Origin: an uncultured Alphaproteobacteria bacterium
GTDB lineage: Bacteria; Pseudomonadota; Alphaproteobacteria; Rhizobiales; Xanthobacteraceae
Assembly: GCA_963840535.1 (NCBI GenBank)
Contig: CAWIZJ010000042.1
Location: forward strand, 1,304 to 65,303
Length of the DNA: 64,000 nt
Reading direction: 5' to 3'
This document shows, one piece after another, positions 27,988-37,575 of the stretch. The translations under genes and the position numbers were made by a program. The notes under the pieces were generated by a model that was not told the DNA's origin, did not search any database, and was given only the letters and a program-made list of their open reading frames with translations. The first letter of the stretch is position 1. Every line of letters begins with the position of its first letter.

Positions 27988-29154
27988 ATGTACGCACCCG
28001 CCGGAGTGAAGACGAGCGAGGACTATCCGATTCCCGACACCATGAGGGCTTGGGTGCTCGGCGATCCCGGTCAGCTCACCCTCACGGAAAAACCGGTGCC
28101 GGTGCCGAAGAAGGCCGAGGTTCTGGTGCGCATCGACGCGGTGGCGATCTGCGCCACCGATCTCGAGATCATCTATCAGGGCCCGCCGGCCTCCATTCAG
28201 GGCGGATACGCCTTCAACAAGAACTTCACGCCCGGCCACGAATACATGGGTACGGTGGTGGCGCTCGGGCCCGGCGTCGACGAGTACCGGATCGGCCAGC
28301 GCATCACGGTGGAGATTCATGCCGGCTGCGGCCAGTGCAAGCGTTGCCGCGAGGGCATGTACACGGCCTGCCACAACTACGGACTGAACTACGGCGACGT
28401 CGACAAAGGTCACCGCGCCAACGGCTTCACCACCGACGGTGGCTTCTGCGAATACCAGGTCAACAACATCAACACGTTGGTCGCCATCCCCGACGGCATG
28501 TCGGACGAGGAAGCGACGCTGGTGGTCACCGCCGGTACCGCCATGTATGGGCTGACCGAGCTCGGCGGTCTGGTCGCCGGCGAGAGCGTCGTCGTCACCG
28601 GCCCCGGTCCGATCGGGCTCCTCGGCGTGGCGGTGGCCAAGGCGATGGGCGCTCATCCCGTGATCCTCACGGGCACCCGCGACAACCGGCTCAGGATCGG
28701 GACCGAGCTCGGCGCCGATCACGTCGTCAACGTGCGCAACGAGGATGCAGTGCAGGCGGTGCGCCGGCTCAACGGCGGCAAGGGGGTCGACTACGTGCTC
28801 GAATGCTCGGGCGCGCCCAACGCCGTGAACGAGGCGATCCGCATGGTCAACCGTGGGGGCAAGGTCTGCCTCGCTGCCTTCCCGCACGAGGAAACGATGG
28901 TGGATGTCGCCCATATCGTGCGCAACAACATCTACGTCTACGGCATCCGTGGCGAGGGCAAGAGCGCGACCCATCGTGCCGAAGCCTTCATGACGCAAAA
29001 GCGCTTCGACGCCACCAGGATCCATACCCATACCTTCCCTCTGGAGGATCTGCCGACCGCGATCCGCTACGCCAAGGATCGGGTCGAAGATGCGATCAAG
29101 GTGGTGGTGAAGGCGCGTGGTGTTTCGGCGGCTCACAAGGTGGCCGCGGAGTAG
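27988..29154 (+). CDS. zinc-dependent medium-chain alcohol/polyol dehydrogenase
   Basis: ...VRIDAVAICATDLEI...TPGHEYMGTVVALG...GCGQCKRCREGMYTAC...VVVTGPGPIGLLGV...; intact, 388 aa. CAGGAGG lies upstream of the ATG. Confidence 0.85.
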   Translation: MYAPAGVKTSEDYPIPDTMRAWVLGDPGQLTLTEKPVPVPKKAEVLVRIDAVAICATDLEIIYQGPPASIQGGYAFNKNFTPGHEYMGTVVALGPGVDEYRIGQRITVEIHAGCGQCKRCREGMYTACHNYGLNYGDVDKGHRANGFTTDGGFCEYQVNNINTLVAIPDGMSDEEATLVVTAGTAMYGLTELGGLVAGESVVVTGPGPIGLLGVAVAKAMGAHPVILTGTRDNRLRIGTELGADHVVNVRNEDAVQAVRRLNGGKGVDYVLECSGAPNAVNEAIRMVNRGGKVCLAAFPHEETMVDVAHIVRNNIYVYGIRGEGKSATHRAEAFMTQKRFDATRIHTHTFPLEDLPTAIRYAKDRVEDAIKVVVKARGVSAAHKVAAE

Positions 29155-29257
29155 GCGCGGCGCAGGATATGGGCTGCACCATCGGCCGCGGTCTCGCGTT
29201 TTGAGCGACAGCGATCCGGCAGACGGTCGACGGACAACGTAACGGAGGAGACCTAGA

Positions 29258-30235
29258 ATGACGTCTGCGTTGAAAGGACTGTTTTGCATCGCGGCCCTCG
29301 GCTTGGCGCCGCTCGCGGCGCTCGCCCAGGGTTATCCGACCCGTTCCATTACAGTGGTGGTGCCATTTCCCGCCGGCGGACCGAGCGATGTCGTCGCCCG
29401 CATTGTGACGGAGCACATGAGCAGGACGCTCGGCCAGCAAATGGTGATCGAGAACGTCGGCGGGGCGGGCGGCACGCTCGGAAGCGCACGCGCGGCAGCG
29501 GCCGCGCCGGACGGTTATACGCTGCTCGCGGGCAGCATGGGATCGCACGTCGCGGCGCCGGTGCTCACGCCCAACCTGAAATACGACCCCTCGCGCGACT
29601 TCGCGCCGATCGGGTTCACTGCGCATTCCCCGGCAGTGATCGCCGCGCGTAAGGACTTTCCCGCCAAGAATATCGGCGAGTTCATCGCCTATGTGAAGCA
29701 GAACGGCGAGAAGGTGAAGCAGGCGCACGGCGGCGTCGGCGCCTCCTCGCACATGGCGTGCCTGCTGTTCAACTCGCAGCTCGGCCTCAAGCCGACGATG
29801 GTGGCCTATCGCGGCACCGGGCCGGCAATGAACGACGTGGTGGGCGGGCACGTCGACTTTCTCTGCGAGCAGTCGGTAAGCGTGGCGGAGCAAATAAAGG
29901 GAGGAAAGATCAGGGGTTATACGGTATCGGCCTCCCAACGCTTGGCCGCGTTGCCGGATATTCCGTCAGCGAAGGAGGCGGGGATCAAGTACGAAATGAG
30001 CATCTGGGCCGGCATCTTCGCGCCGAAGGGCGTCTCCAAGGAGGTTGTCGGAAGGCTCGCGGCGGCTCTCGACCGTGCGCTGGACGATCCCAGCGTGACC
30101 AAACGGCTGGGAGACCTTGGCGCTTCGATCCCGCCCAAGTCGGAAAGGAACCCGGCCACCTTCGATCGCCTGGTGAAGGCGGAAATCGCGCGCTGGGCTC
30201 CGATACTCAAGGCTGCGTCCTCGGGCACCAATTGA
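29258..30235 (+). CDS. Bug-family TTT substrate-binding protein
   Basis: MTSALKGLFCIAALGLAPLAALAQGYPTRSITVVVPFPAGGPSDVVARIV...YRGTGPAMNDVVGGHVDFLCE; signal peptide present. GGAGGAG lies upstream. Confidence 0.85.
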   Translation: MTSALKGLFCIAALGLAPLAALAQGYPTRSITVVVPFPAGGPSDVVARIVTEHMSRTLGQQMVIENVGGAGGTLGSARAAAAAPDGYTLLAGSMGSHVAAPVLTPNLKYDPSRDFAPIGFTAHSPAVIAARKDFPAKNIGEFIAYVKQNGEKVKQAHGGVGASSHMACLLFNSQLGLKPTMVAYRGTGPAMNDVVGGHVDFLCEQSVSVAEQIKGGKIRGYTVSASQRLAALPDIPSAKEAGIKYEMSIWAGIFAPKGVSKEVVGRLAAALDRALDDPSVTKRLGDLGASIPPKSERNPATFDRLVKAEIARWAPILKAASSGTN

Positions 30236-30260
30236 TCGCCGGAGCGACTCGGTCACGAGC

Positions 30261-31265
30261 ATGGCTCCGTTGCGGGTGGCGGCGCTGGGAATGGGCTGGT
30301 GGTCCGACGTTCTCGCGGATGCCGTCAAGCGCTCCCGCGAGCTCGAGGTCGTCGCCTGCTACAGCCGCTCGGAAGGCAAGCGCCGCGCATTCGCGGCGAA
30401 GTACGGCTGCCGGGCGGCGACGAGCTACGAGGACATGTTGCGGGATGCTTCGATCGAGGCGGTCATCAACACCACGCCCAATAGCGCGCATCTCGAGACC
30501 ACGCGCATGGCCGCCGAAGCGGGCAAGCACGTCTTTCTCGACAAGCCGATTGCCAACACGGTGGCCGACGGGGCGGCAATCGCCCGCGCCTGCGAGCGGG
30601 CCGGTATCGTCCTTGCGCTGGGTTATCAACGCCGGCGGGAGAGCCATTTCCGCTGGATCAAAAGCGAGATCGACGCCGGCCGCTTCGGCCGACTGCTGCA
30701 GGCGGAAGGCAACATCAGCCGCGATCAACTCGGCAAGATCGATCTCTCCTCCTGGCGCTATCAGGCCGCCGGCATGCCGGGCGGCGTCATGCTGCAGATC
30801 GGCATCCACTACGTCGACGTGCTGGAAATGCTGCTCGGCCCCGTGGCGCGCGTCTCGGGGAGGCTCGCGCAACTTGTGCTGCCCGGCGACAATCCCGACG
30901 TCGCTGCTCTCTTGCTTGAGCACGAAAACGGCGCGATCTCGACCCTCACCGCCTCTTATGCCTCGGCGTCCGAGTACTACATGCTGAACGTCTACGGCAA
31001 GGACGCGAGCGCGTACTACGATCTGTTCTCCGGGTTGCGTCATCTCAGGCGCGGCGATGCAAAGGCACAGCCGGTCGTCCTCGCAGGCAACGACACGATC
31101 CGGGAGGAGCTCGAGGAGTTCGCCGGCTGCATCCGCAGCGGCGGAACGCCGGAGACTGATGGCTTCTGGGCGACGCGCAACCTCGCTGTCATCAAGGCCG
31201 GCGTGCAGAGCGCCCGGATCGGCCGTGTCGTCGACGTGGCGGAAGCGATGTCTGGCGGGGAATAG
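30261..31265 (+). CDS. Gfo/Idh/MocA-family NAD(P)-dependent oxidoreductase
   Basis: MAPLRVAALGMGWWSDVLADAV...AVINTTPNSAHLETTRMAAEAGKHVFLDKPIANT... shows the typical Rossmann plus EKP-like motif; intact. Confidence 0.85.
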   Translation: MAPLRVAALGMGWWSDVLADAVKRSRELEVVACYSRSEGKRRAFAAKYGCRAATSYEDMLRDASIEAVINTTPNSAHLETTRMAAEAGKHVFLDKPIANTVADGAAIARACERAGIVLALGYQRRRESHFRWIKSEIDAGRFGRLLQAEGNISRDQLGKIDLSSWRYQAAGMPGGVMLQIGIHYVDVLEMLLGPVARVSGRLAQLVLPGDNPDVAALLLEHENGAISTLTASYASASEYYMLNVYGKDASAYYDLFSGLRHLRRGDAKAQPVVLAGNDTIREELEEFAGCIRSGGTPETDGFWATRNLAVIKAGVQSARIGRVVDVAEAMSGGE

Positions 31266-31276
31266 GCAGGCACGCA

Positions 31277-32085
31277 ATGCCCCGCATCGACATCGGGGAG
31301 CTCACGCTCAATGTCGAGCAACGCGGGAGCGGTCCGGCCTTCCTGTTCATTCCTGGCTTGGTCGGCCTGCTCGACGCCTGGGAGTTCCAGCTCGCAGAAT
31401 TCTCCAAACGCTACCATTGTATTTCCTTCGATCATCGCGGCGCCGGCGACAGCGACAAGCCGCAGGACGCCTATGCGACCGAGCTGATCGCGCGGGATGT
31501 GGTCGCGCTTCTCGACACTCTCGGCATCGAGAAGGCGCACGTCGCCGGCACCTCGACCGGCGGATGCGTGCTGCAGAACCTCGCGATCGATCATCCGGAG
31601 CGGCTGCGCTGCTGCATCTTCTCTCTAATACCTGGGTGAATGCGGACGAGTACATCACGCGCGTGCAGACGACGCGCAAGCGCATCGCGCTCGCGTATGG
31701 TCCGGAGGAATACGTCAAGGTATCCTCGCTGTTCACCAACGGATCGATGCAGTTCCGCTACGACCTCGACAAGGTGATGGAGCTCGAGCGCCGCGCGCTC
31801 GCGACCGTGGCGCCGATCGATGTGTTGGCGGGTCGCCTGGACATGACGCTCGCGCACGATCGCTCGGGCGAGCTCAACCGGATTCGCAATCCTGCGCTGG
31901 TCGTCGGCACCCGTGACGACGCAACCGTGCCGTTCTACCAATCCGAGGACCTGCACAAGGCGATCGTCGGCTCGCGCCTCGTCATCCTCGAGGAGGGCGG
32001 GCATTACTCCTACCGGCGCCACTGGCGGGAGTGGAACCGGATCGCGGACGTGTTTCTCCGGCAGGCGGAGAGCGAGGGCTCATAG
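31277..32085 (+). pseudogene. alpha/beta-fold hydrolase, one frame break as sequenced (~31622, in a TCTCTCT run)
   Basis: MPRIDIGELTLNVEQRGSGPAFLFIPGLVGLLDAWEFQ...HVAGTSTGGCVLQNLAIDHPERLRCCIFS (ORF 31277..31639) continues as NTWVNADEYITRVQTTRKRIALAYGPEEY...LVILEEGGHYSYRRHWREWN (frame of ORF 31057..32085). Confidence 0.75.
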
Positions 32086-32147
32086 TGTGTATCGCCGAGC
32101 GACAGGGCGCGCGCATGGACCCCCGACGCTCGTCGAAGCAGCCGGCC

Positions 32148-33383
32148 TCACTGCACGGCATTGGCCGATCTGAGGCTGTCGAACAGCGAGGAGCGATAGA
32201 GGAACTGCTTGTGCAGCTCCACGTCCTCCGAGATGCGCCGCAGCTCGTCCAAATGCTTGCGCCGGATCACCGGGTCCCTCTCCTCGAGCGACTTCTTGTT
32301 CTGGATGGTCTGCGCCTGCACGAAATCGGTCTGCGCCTTGCGGCGCTGGCGGGTATAGCGGTCGAGGACCTCGGGCCCGGCGCGCCCGAACCGGATATCG
32401 GCGAGCTTGCCCGCCAGATTGATGGCATCGTGGATGCCGCCGTTCATGCCCATGCCGCCGATCGGGTTGTTGACGTGGGCGCTGTCGCCGGCCAGCAGCA
32501 CGCGTCCCTTGTTGAAGGTCGCAGCCACGCGCTGATGCACGGCGTAGAGCGCATGGTAGGGGATGTCGTAGTCGCCGCTCTTGGGATGAATGCCCTGCAG
32601 ACGGCGCTGGACGCCTTCGGGGCTCATCGCGGCTGCATCCGACTCGCCGGCCGGAACCGGAAAAACACCGCGCCAGATTCCGGGTGGGCCATAGCCCTTC
32701 ACCTTGAACAGATTGAGCCACTCGTCGGGATCCGAGAAGTAGTTGCGGGTGCAGAAACCCTTGTTGGCCTCCAGCAGGTCGAAGCTGGTGCCGATCTTGA
32801 TGAAGCGCTCGGGATAGGTGAACCCCTCGAACTCGATCCGAGCGAGCCGGCGGACGGTGCTGCTCGCGCCGTCGGTGCCGATCACGTACTTGCAGGTGAG
32901 CTTCTCGGTCTCGCCGGCCTCGTTGACGATGGTAACCTCGACATCGTCGGCGCCCTGCTCGAGCCCGGTCACCTCGGTCGAGAAGCGCACCTCGGCGATG
33001 CCGCTGGCCTCGATATGGGGGATCGCCGCGTGCACCAGCTTGTACTGCTCCCACTGCAGCACGTACGGATAGGGCACTTCGCCCTCGAGCAGGCCGATAT
33101 CGAACTCGGCGAAAAGCTCCCCGCTGGCGCGGTCGCGGAAATGGAACAACGGCGCCGACATGCCGCCGCTCGCCTCCTCCGCGAATGCCTCTTGCGCCAG
33201 CCCCAGTCCGACCAGCATTTCCACCGTCGGCGGATGGATGGTCGCGGCGCGCTGATCCTCTGCGGCGTCCGGCAGCTGCTCCAGCAGCGTGACCGATATG
33301 CCGCTGCGCACCAGCGCGAGTGTCATGACCGCGCCCACCGGCCCGGCACCGACTACGACGACCCCGTCTCCGTGCGCGACCAT
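32148..33383 (-). CDS. FAD-dependent aromatic-ring monooxygenase (group A hydroxylase)
   Basis: MVAHGDGVVVVGAGPVGAVMTLALVRSGISVTLLEQ (GxGxxG)...YVIGTDGASSTVRR (DG motif)...RVLLAGDSAHVNNPIGGMGMNGGIHDAINL (GD motif); intact. Confidence 0.85.
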   Translation of the reverse strand: MVAHGDGVVVVGAGPVGAVMTLALVRSGISVTLLEQLPDAAEDQRAATIHPPTVEMLVGLGLAQEAFAEEASGGMSAPLFHFRDRASGELFAEFDIGLLEGEVPYPYVLQWEQYKLVHAAIPHIEASGIAEVRFSTEVTGLEQGADDVEVTIVNEAGETEKLTCKYVIGTDGASSTVRRLARIEFEGFTYPERFIKIGTSFDLLEANKGFCTRNYFSDPDEWLNLFKVKGYGPPGIWRGVFPVPAGESDAAAMSPEGVQRRLQGIHPKSGDYDIPYHALYAVHQRVAATFNKGRVLLAGDSAHVNNPIGGMGMNGGIHDAINLAGKLADIRFGRAGPEVLDRYTRQRRKAQTDFVQAQTIQNKKSLEERDPVIRRKHLDELRRISEDVELHKQFLYRSSLFDSLRSANAVQ

Positions 33384-33522
33384 GTCCGCTCCATGCCGAA
33401 TGCCGCCGCTTCGCACGCCGGCTCGATCGCGATTGGCAAGCTTGGTGTTGACCTTTCAGGCATGGCGTACCCCTCGTCAAGCCTGCATGCGTAGATCAAA
33501 GCGTCTGCTGCGTGGTCGCCCG

Positions 33523-34515
33523 TCACACCTTCGAGATCTCGAACATCGAGGGATGGAACAGCTCCTCGACCGCGATCCGGCGATCGACCAGGCCCTGCTC
33601 GTGCGCGTACTGGGTGAGCGCCGTGATCTCGCGCCTGTTCTCGTGGATGCCGTAGGCCCAGAAATCCTTGCCCATGATCGTCATGGTCGCTTCGGTCTCG
33701 GGGATGAGCCAAGGCAGCGTCACCATCAGCGCGTTGACGTCGAGCAGGTCGGTCATGGCGAGCGCCTTGGCCTCGCAGAAAGCCTTGTAGACGCTGGTCG
33801 GCAGCCACGGATACTTCTCCACCAGCTGCTTGCGGATGCCGACGAGATGCATCAGCGGGAACAAGCCGGTTTTCTTGTAATAGGCCTGCTCGGCTGTGCG
33901 GGTATCGGGAAACAGCCGCCTGATGTGTGGCTCGCCGCGCAGGAACGAGGAGGGGGCGCGCGCCGTGAACAGGGCATCGAGCTCGCCGTCCCGCAGCATG
34001 CCGACCAGCGTCTCGTGCTTGCCGATCGGTGCGAGATCGAGGCCCGGGATCGGCTCGAGCGGCGTGCGCTCGTCACGGCCAGGTTCCTCCTGGCCGCCGC
34101 TGCGCCAACGGATCTCGGTCGGCTTGACGTCGTATTCATGCTGCATCATGCCGCGCATCCAGACCACGGCGGTGATCTGATATTCCGGCACCCCGACGCG
34201 CTTGCCGCGCAGGTCGGCCGGCGCCTCGATGCCGGCATCGGCGCGCACGTAGATGCCGGAATGCCGGAACAGCCGCGACACGAAGGCGGGAATGCCGACA
34301 TAGGCCGATGTTCCCGCCGCCACGGTGCGGATGTAGCTCGAGAACGAGAGCTCCGAGACGTCGAACTCCTGGTAGCGGAAGACGCGAAAGAAGATTTCTT
34401 CGGGATAGAGCGGCAGATAGGTGACGGCACAGCCCTCGATCTTGACTCGTCCGTCCATGATCGCGCGGGTGCGGTCGTAGTTCCCGCATGCAATGGTTAT
34501 GGGCACCTCGACCAT
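33523..34515 (-). CDS. 4,5-dihydroxyphthalate-decarboxylase-like protein (periplasmic-binding-protein-like fold family)
   Basis: MVEVPITIACGNYDRTRAIMDGRVKIEGCAVTYLPLYPEEIFFRVFRYQEFDVSELSFSSY... matches my memory of proteins annotated as 4,5-dihydroxyphthalate decarboxylase. The ATG at 34515 is preceded by AGGA; an alternative ATG is at 34527. Confidence 0.65.
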   Translation of the reverse strand: MVEVPITIACGNYDRTRAIMDGRVKIEGCAVTYLPLYPEEIFFRVFRYQEFDVSELSFSSYIRTVAAGTSAYVGIPAFVSRLFRHSGIYVRADAGIEAPADLRGKRVGVPEYQITAVVWMRGMMQHEYDVKPTEIRWRSGGQEEPGRDERTPLEPIPGLDLAPIGKHETLVGMLRDGELDALFTARAPSSFLRGEPHIRRLFPDTRTAEQAYYKKTGLFPLMHLVGIRKQLVEKYPWLPTSVYKAFCEAKALAMTDLLDVNALMVTLPWLIPETEATMTIMGKDFWAYGIHENRREITALTQYAHEQGLVDRRIAVEELFHPSMFEISKV

Positions 34516-34699
34516 GGGATTCCTCATCGTTGCAGGATGGATCGCAGGGGCGCCGCCGCTGCTGAAGATTTCCGAAACGTACTTTCTTGCTCTTTGACTG
34601 TGAAGCCGCTGCGCGCAATCGGGGCTGCCTTGGCGGCCGGCAAATTGCGCGATACTTTTGCGCCAATAGGCCCGCCGCGGGCGGCCGAGGAGAACCGCC

Positions 34700-35763
34700 A
34701 TGATGATGTCGACGGTGATCGGTGGGGCCATGCTGCCCCATGCCCCGCAGTTCTTCACCATGCCGGAGACCGAGGACAGGAAGAACGTCGAGCACGTGCG
34801 CGAGGTGGCCGCCGGGATCGGCAGCAAGCTGCGCGCCTTGCAGCCGGACCTCTGGATCATCTTCTCCAACGATCATGCCGAGCAGTTCTTCCACAACGCG
34901 GCGCCGCCGTTCACGGTCCATGTCGGCGGCGAGGCGTCGGGGAGTTCGCCGGGCGGAGGTTTCACTGGAAGATTCCGAGCGAGATCGGCTTCGAGATCGT
35001 ACGCCAGCTCTATCGGCAGAATTTCGACCCCGCCTTCACCTCGACGGCCAGGATCGACTATGCGATCGGGATTCCGTTGACCCATATCGGGCATACCGAC
35101 CCGGTGCTGCCGATCTTCGTCAATGCCTATCTGCCGCCGCAGCCTACTATGGAGCGTTGCTATTCCTTCGGGCAGGCGGTCGCGCGCACCGTCACCGCGC
35201 TCGGGCTCAGGACGGTGGTGCTGGCGAGCGGCGGCATGTCGCATTTTCCCGGCACCGACCGTTATTCGAATCCCGAGCTCGCCTGGGACACCCGTGCGCT
35301 CGAAAAGCTCAGGTCCGGTAACCTGAAATCGCTGATCGGCTACGACGAGACCGAGCTCGACGACACCGGCAACATCGAGCTGCGCTGCTGGGCGTGCGCC
35401 GCCGGCGCGCTGGGCGAGCGCAAGCCCGATGTGGTCTCGATGGACCCGAGCTGGCACCACAACTACGCCTCGCTCGCCTGGACCGGCGGCCAGCGCGAGC
35501 TCCGGCAGGCCGCGCACTATCCCGCTATCAAGCCGGAGCTGGTGGAGCTCACCTCGGCGCTGCATGGCCTGGCCCACGACGCCGAATTGCGTGCGCAGTA
35601 TTTGGCGGACGCGCCGGCTTTTGCCGACCGGTTTCGGCTGCCGCCGGATCAACGCGAGGCGCTGATCAAGCTCGACCTGCAATCGATGGTGCGGATGGGC
35701 GCACACCCGTTGGTGCCGTTCCTGGCCCAGCTGCAGATCCAGCGCCTGCGCCCGCGGGCCTAG
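34700..35763 (+). pseudogene. class III (LigB-type) extradiol ring-cleavage dioxygenase with C-terminal LigA-like domain (gallate/protocatechuate 4,5-dioxygenase-like), one frame break (~34940)
   Basis: MMMSTVIGGAMLPHAPQFFTMPETEDRKN...IIFSNDHAEQFFHNAAPPFTVHVGGEAS (ORF 34700..35080) is followed by GEFAGRRFHWKIPSEIGFEIVRQLY...LASGGMSHFPG...NIELRCW... and then ...HYPAIKPELVELTSALHGLAHDAELRAQYLADAPAFADRFRL (frame of ORF 33289..35763). Confidence 0.75.
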
Positions 35764-36039
35764 CGAGGCGCGATTTCGCATCCCGCGCCAGCGGACGCAA
35801 TCCGATGCTCCACCCGGACATCCGTCGCCATGGACGGGTCTGGTCGACCAAGGTCGGCATCCGCCCCGAAAGCGTGCACAGGTGCGGTTGCAACTCCTCC
35901 AACCCTGCGATCGCCGGCTGGGACGTTGCCTGCCGGGATCGATCCCCTCGGATCATTTCGCCGGGCACATCGCGCCGACGGTGACCGCAGCGCTGACAGG
36001 TTGCGCTCACGCTCGACCGCATTGACGCCGCGATTATCC

Positions 36040-37575
36040 TCAGCGCGGGTCGAAACGAGATTGCCCGTCGGCGATCCGTCGCCTGAGCCGGAAGTGCTGA
36101 ACCTTGCCGAGCGCGTTGCGCGGCAGGCTGTCGAGGAAGACGAACTTGCGCGGCACCTTGTAGCGGGCGAGCTGCCCGAGGCAGAAGCTTTCGATATCCC
36201 CTGGGCTCGCGGTTGCGTCCGCGCGCCGCACGATGCAGGCGACCGGCACCTCCTGCCATCTCGGATCCGCGCAGCCGACGACGGCGGCTTCGGCGACCGC
36301 CGGATGCTCGAGCAGGACGCGCTCCACCTCGGCCGGATAGATGTTCTCGCCGCCCGAGATGATCAGATTCTGCTTGCGATCGTGGATGAAGAAATGGCCG
36401 TCGGCATCGCGGGTGCCGATGTCGCCGGTATGAAACCAGCCCTCCCGCAACACCTCGGCGGTGCCCTTCGCGTTGGCCCAGTATTCCGAGAACACGTTGG
36501 GGCCGCGCACCAACACCTCGCCGGGTTCCCCGGCTGCGGTCTCGCGTCCGCTGGAGTCGACGACACGCGCCTCGCACATCAGCCCCGGCAGGCCGGTCGA
36601 TCCCGGCCGGCGCCAGTCGCCCGACAATCGGGTGTAGATCGCGATCGGACCGGTCTCGGTCGAGCCGTAGACTTGCAGCACCGGCACGCCGCGGTTGGTG
36701 AAAGCATCGACCAGCCGCTGCGGCACCTGGGTCGAGCCGGTGGTGACGGCGCGCAAGCCGTCGAGACGGGCCGTGTGCCAGCGTGGGTGGGCGATCAGAG
36801 CCTCGATCACCGCCGGGACCAGGACCGTCAAGGTCGGTCGGTCGCTCTCGATCGCCGCGAGCGTCGGCTCCGGCGCAAAGCGCGAAAGCAGCGTCACGGT
36901 GGCGCCCAGTTGCAGCGCCGGCGTGGTCTGGATGTTGAGCCCGCCGACATGAAACATGGGCAGAACCGTCAGCACGTGATCGTCGGCGGTCATGTCATGC
37001 ATGTGCTGGCTCATGACCGCGTTCCACAGCACCGCGTCCTGCCGCAACACCGCGCCCTTCGGACGCCCGGTGGTGCCCGAGGTATAGACGATGAGCAGTG
37101 GAAACGAGGTATCGACACGCGCGTCGCGCCCATCGCCGCTCGCGCCTTCCAGGAGATCGGCGAGTGACGCCTCGCCCTCGGGCGCGAAGTCGAGCCCGAC
37201 GATGCGCAGGTCCGCAAATCCATTGCGCAGCGGTGCAATCACCGCAGCCAGGCTTTGCTCGATGACCAGAGCCTTTACGGACGCGTCGGACAGGATGTAG
37301 CTCAACTCGGGAACGGCGAGCCGCCAATTGAGTGGAACGAGCATTGCGCCCAGGCGCGCGCAGGCATAGAGCAGCACGAGGTAGTCGGGATGATTGGTCG
37401 CGAGTATGGCGATGCGATCGCCGCGGCCGATGCCGAGTTGCGATTTCAGGGCGCGCGCCGCCTGCGCGATGCGGCGCGCAAGGTCGCAATAGCCGAGCAC
37501 GCATCCCCCGAACCGGATCGCCGGCCTTGTCGGCGCAAAGGCGGCATTGCGGTCGATCAGGTCGGCCAGGGTCAT
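36040..37575 (-). CDS. AMP-dependent acyl-CoA synthetase/ligase
   Basis: ...LLIVYTSGTTGRPKGAVL (AMP-binding motif)...VYGSTETGP...WFHTGDIGTRDADGHFFIHDRKQNLIISGGENIYPAEVE...LPRNALGKV; intact, 511 aa. The ATG overlaps the ACAD stop (ATGA). Confidence 0.9.
   Translation of the reverse strand: MTLADLIDRNAAFAPTRPAIRFGGCVLGYCDLARRIAQAARALKSQLGIGRGDRIAILATNHPDYLVLLYACARLGAMLVPLNWRLAVPELSYILSDASVKALVIEQSLAAVIAPLRNGFADLRIVGLDFAPEGEASLADLLEGASGDGRDARVDTSFPLLIVYTSGTTGRPKGAVLRQDAVLWNAVMSQHMHDMTADDHVLTVLPMFHVGGLNIQTTPALQLGATVTLLSRFAPEPTLAAIESDRPTLTVLVPAVIEALIAHPRWHTARLDGLRAVTTGSTQVPQRLVDAFTNRGVPVLQVYGSTETGPIAIYTRLSGDWRRPGSTGLPGLMCEARVVDSSGRETAAGEPGEVLVRGPNVFSEYWANAKGTAEVLREGWFHTGDIGTRDADGHFFIHDRKQNLIISGGENIYPAEVERVLLEHPAVAEAAVVGCADPRWQEVPVACIVRRADATASPGDIESFCLGQLARYKVPRKFVFLDSLPRNALGKVQHFRLRRRIADGQSRFDPR

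Noticed and set aside
26959-35763. Very long ORFs 26959..29289(-) (776 aa) and 33289..35763(+) (824 aa).
   Set aside because: Only their C-terminal 263 aa (hydrolase) and about 270 aa (dioxygenase) resemble proteins. The remainder is antisense to well-supported genes (ADH, decarboxylase/monooxygenase) and has shadow-ORF composition.
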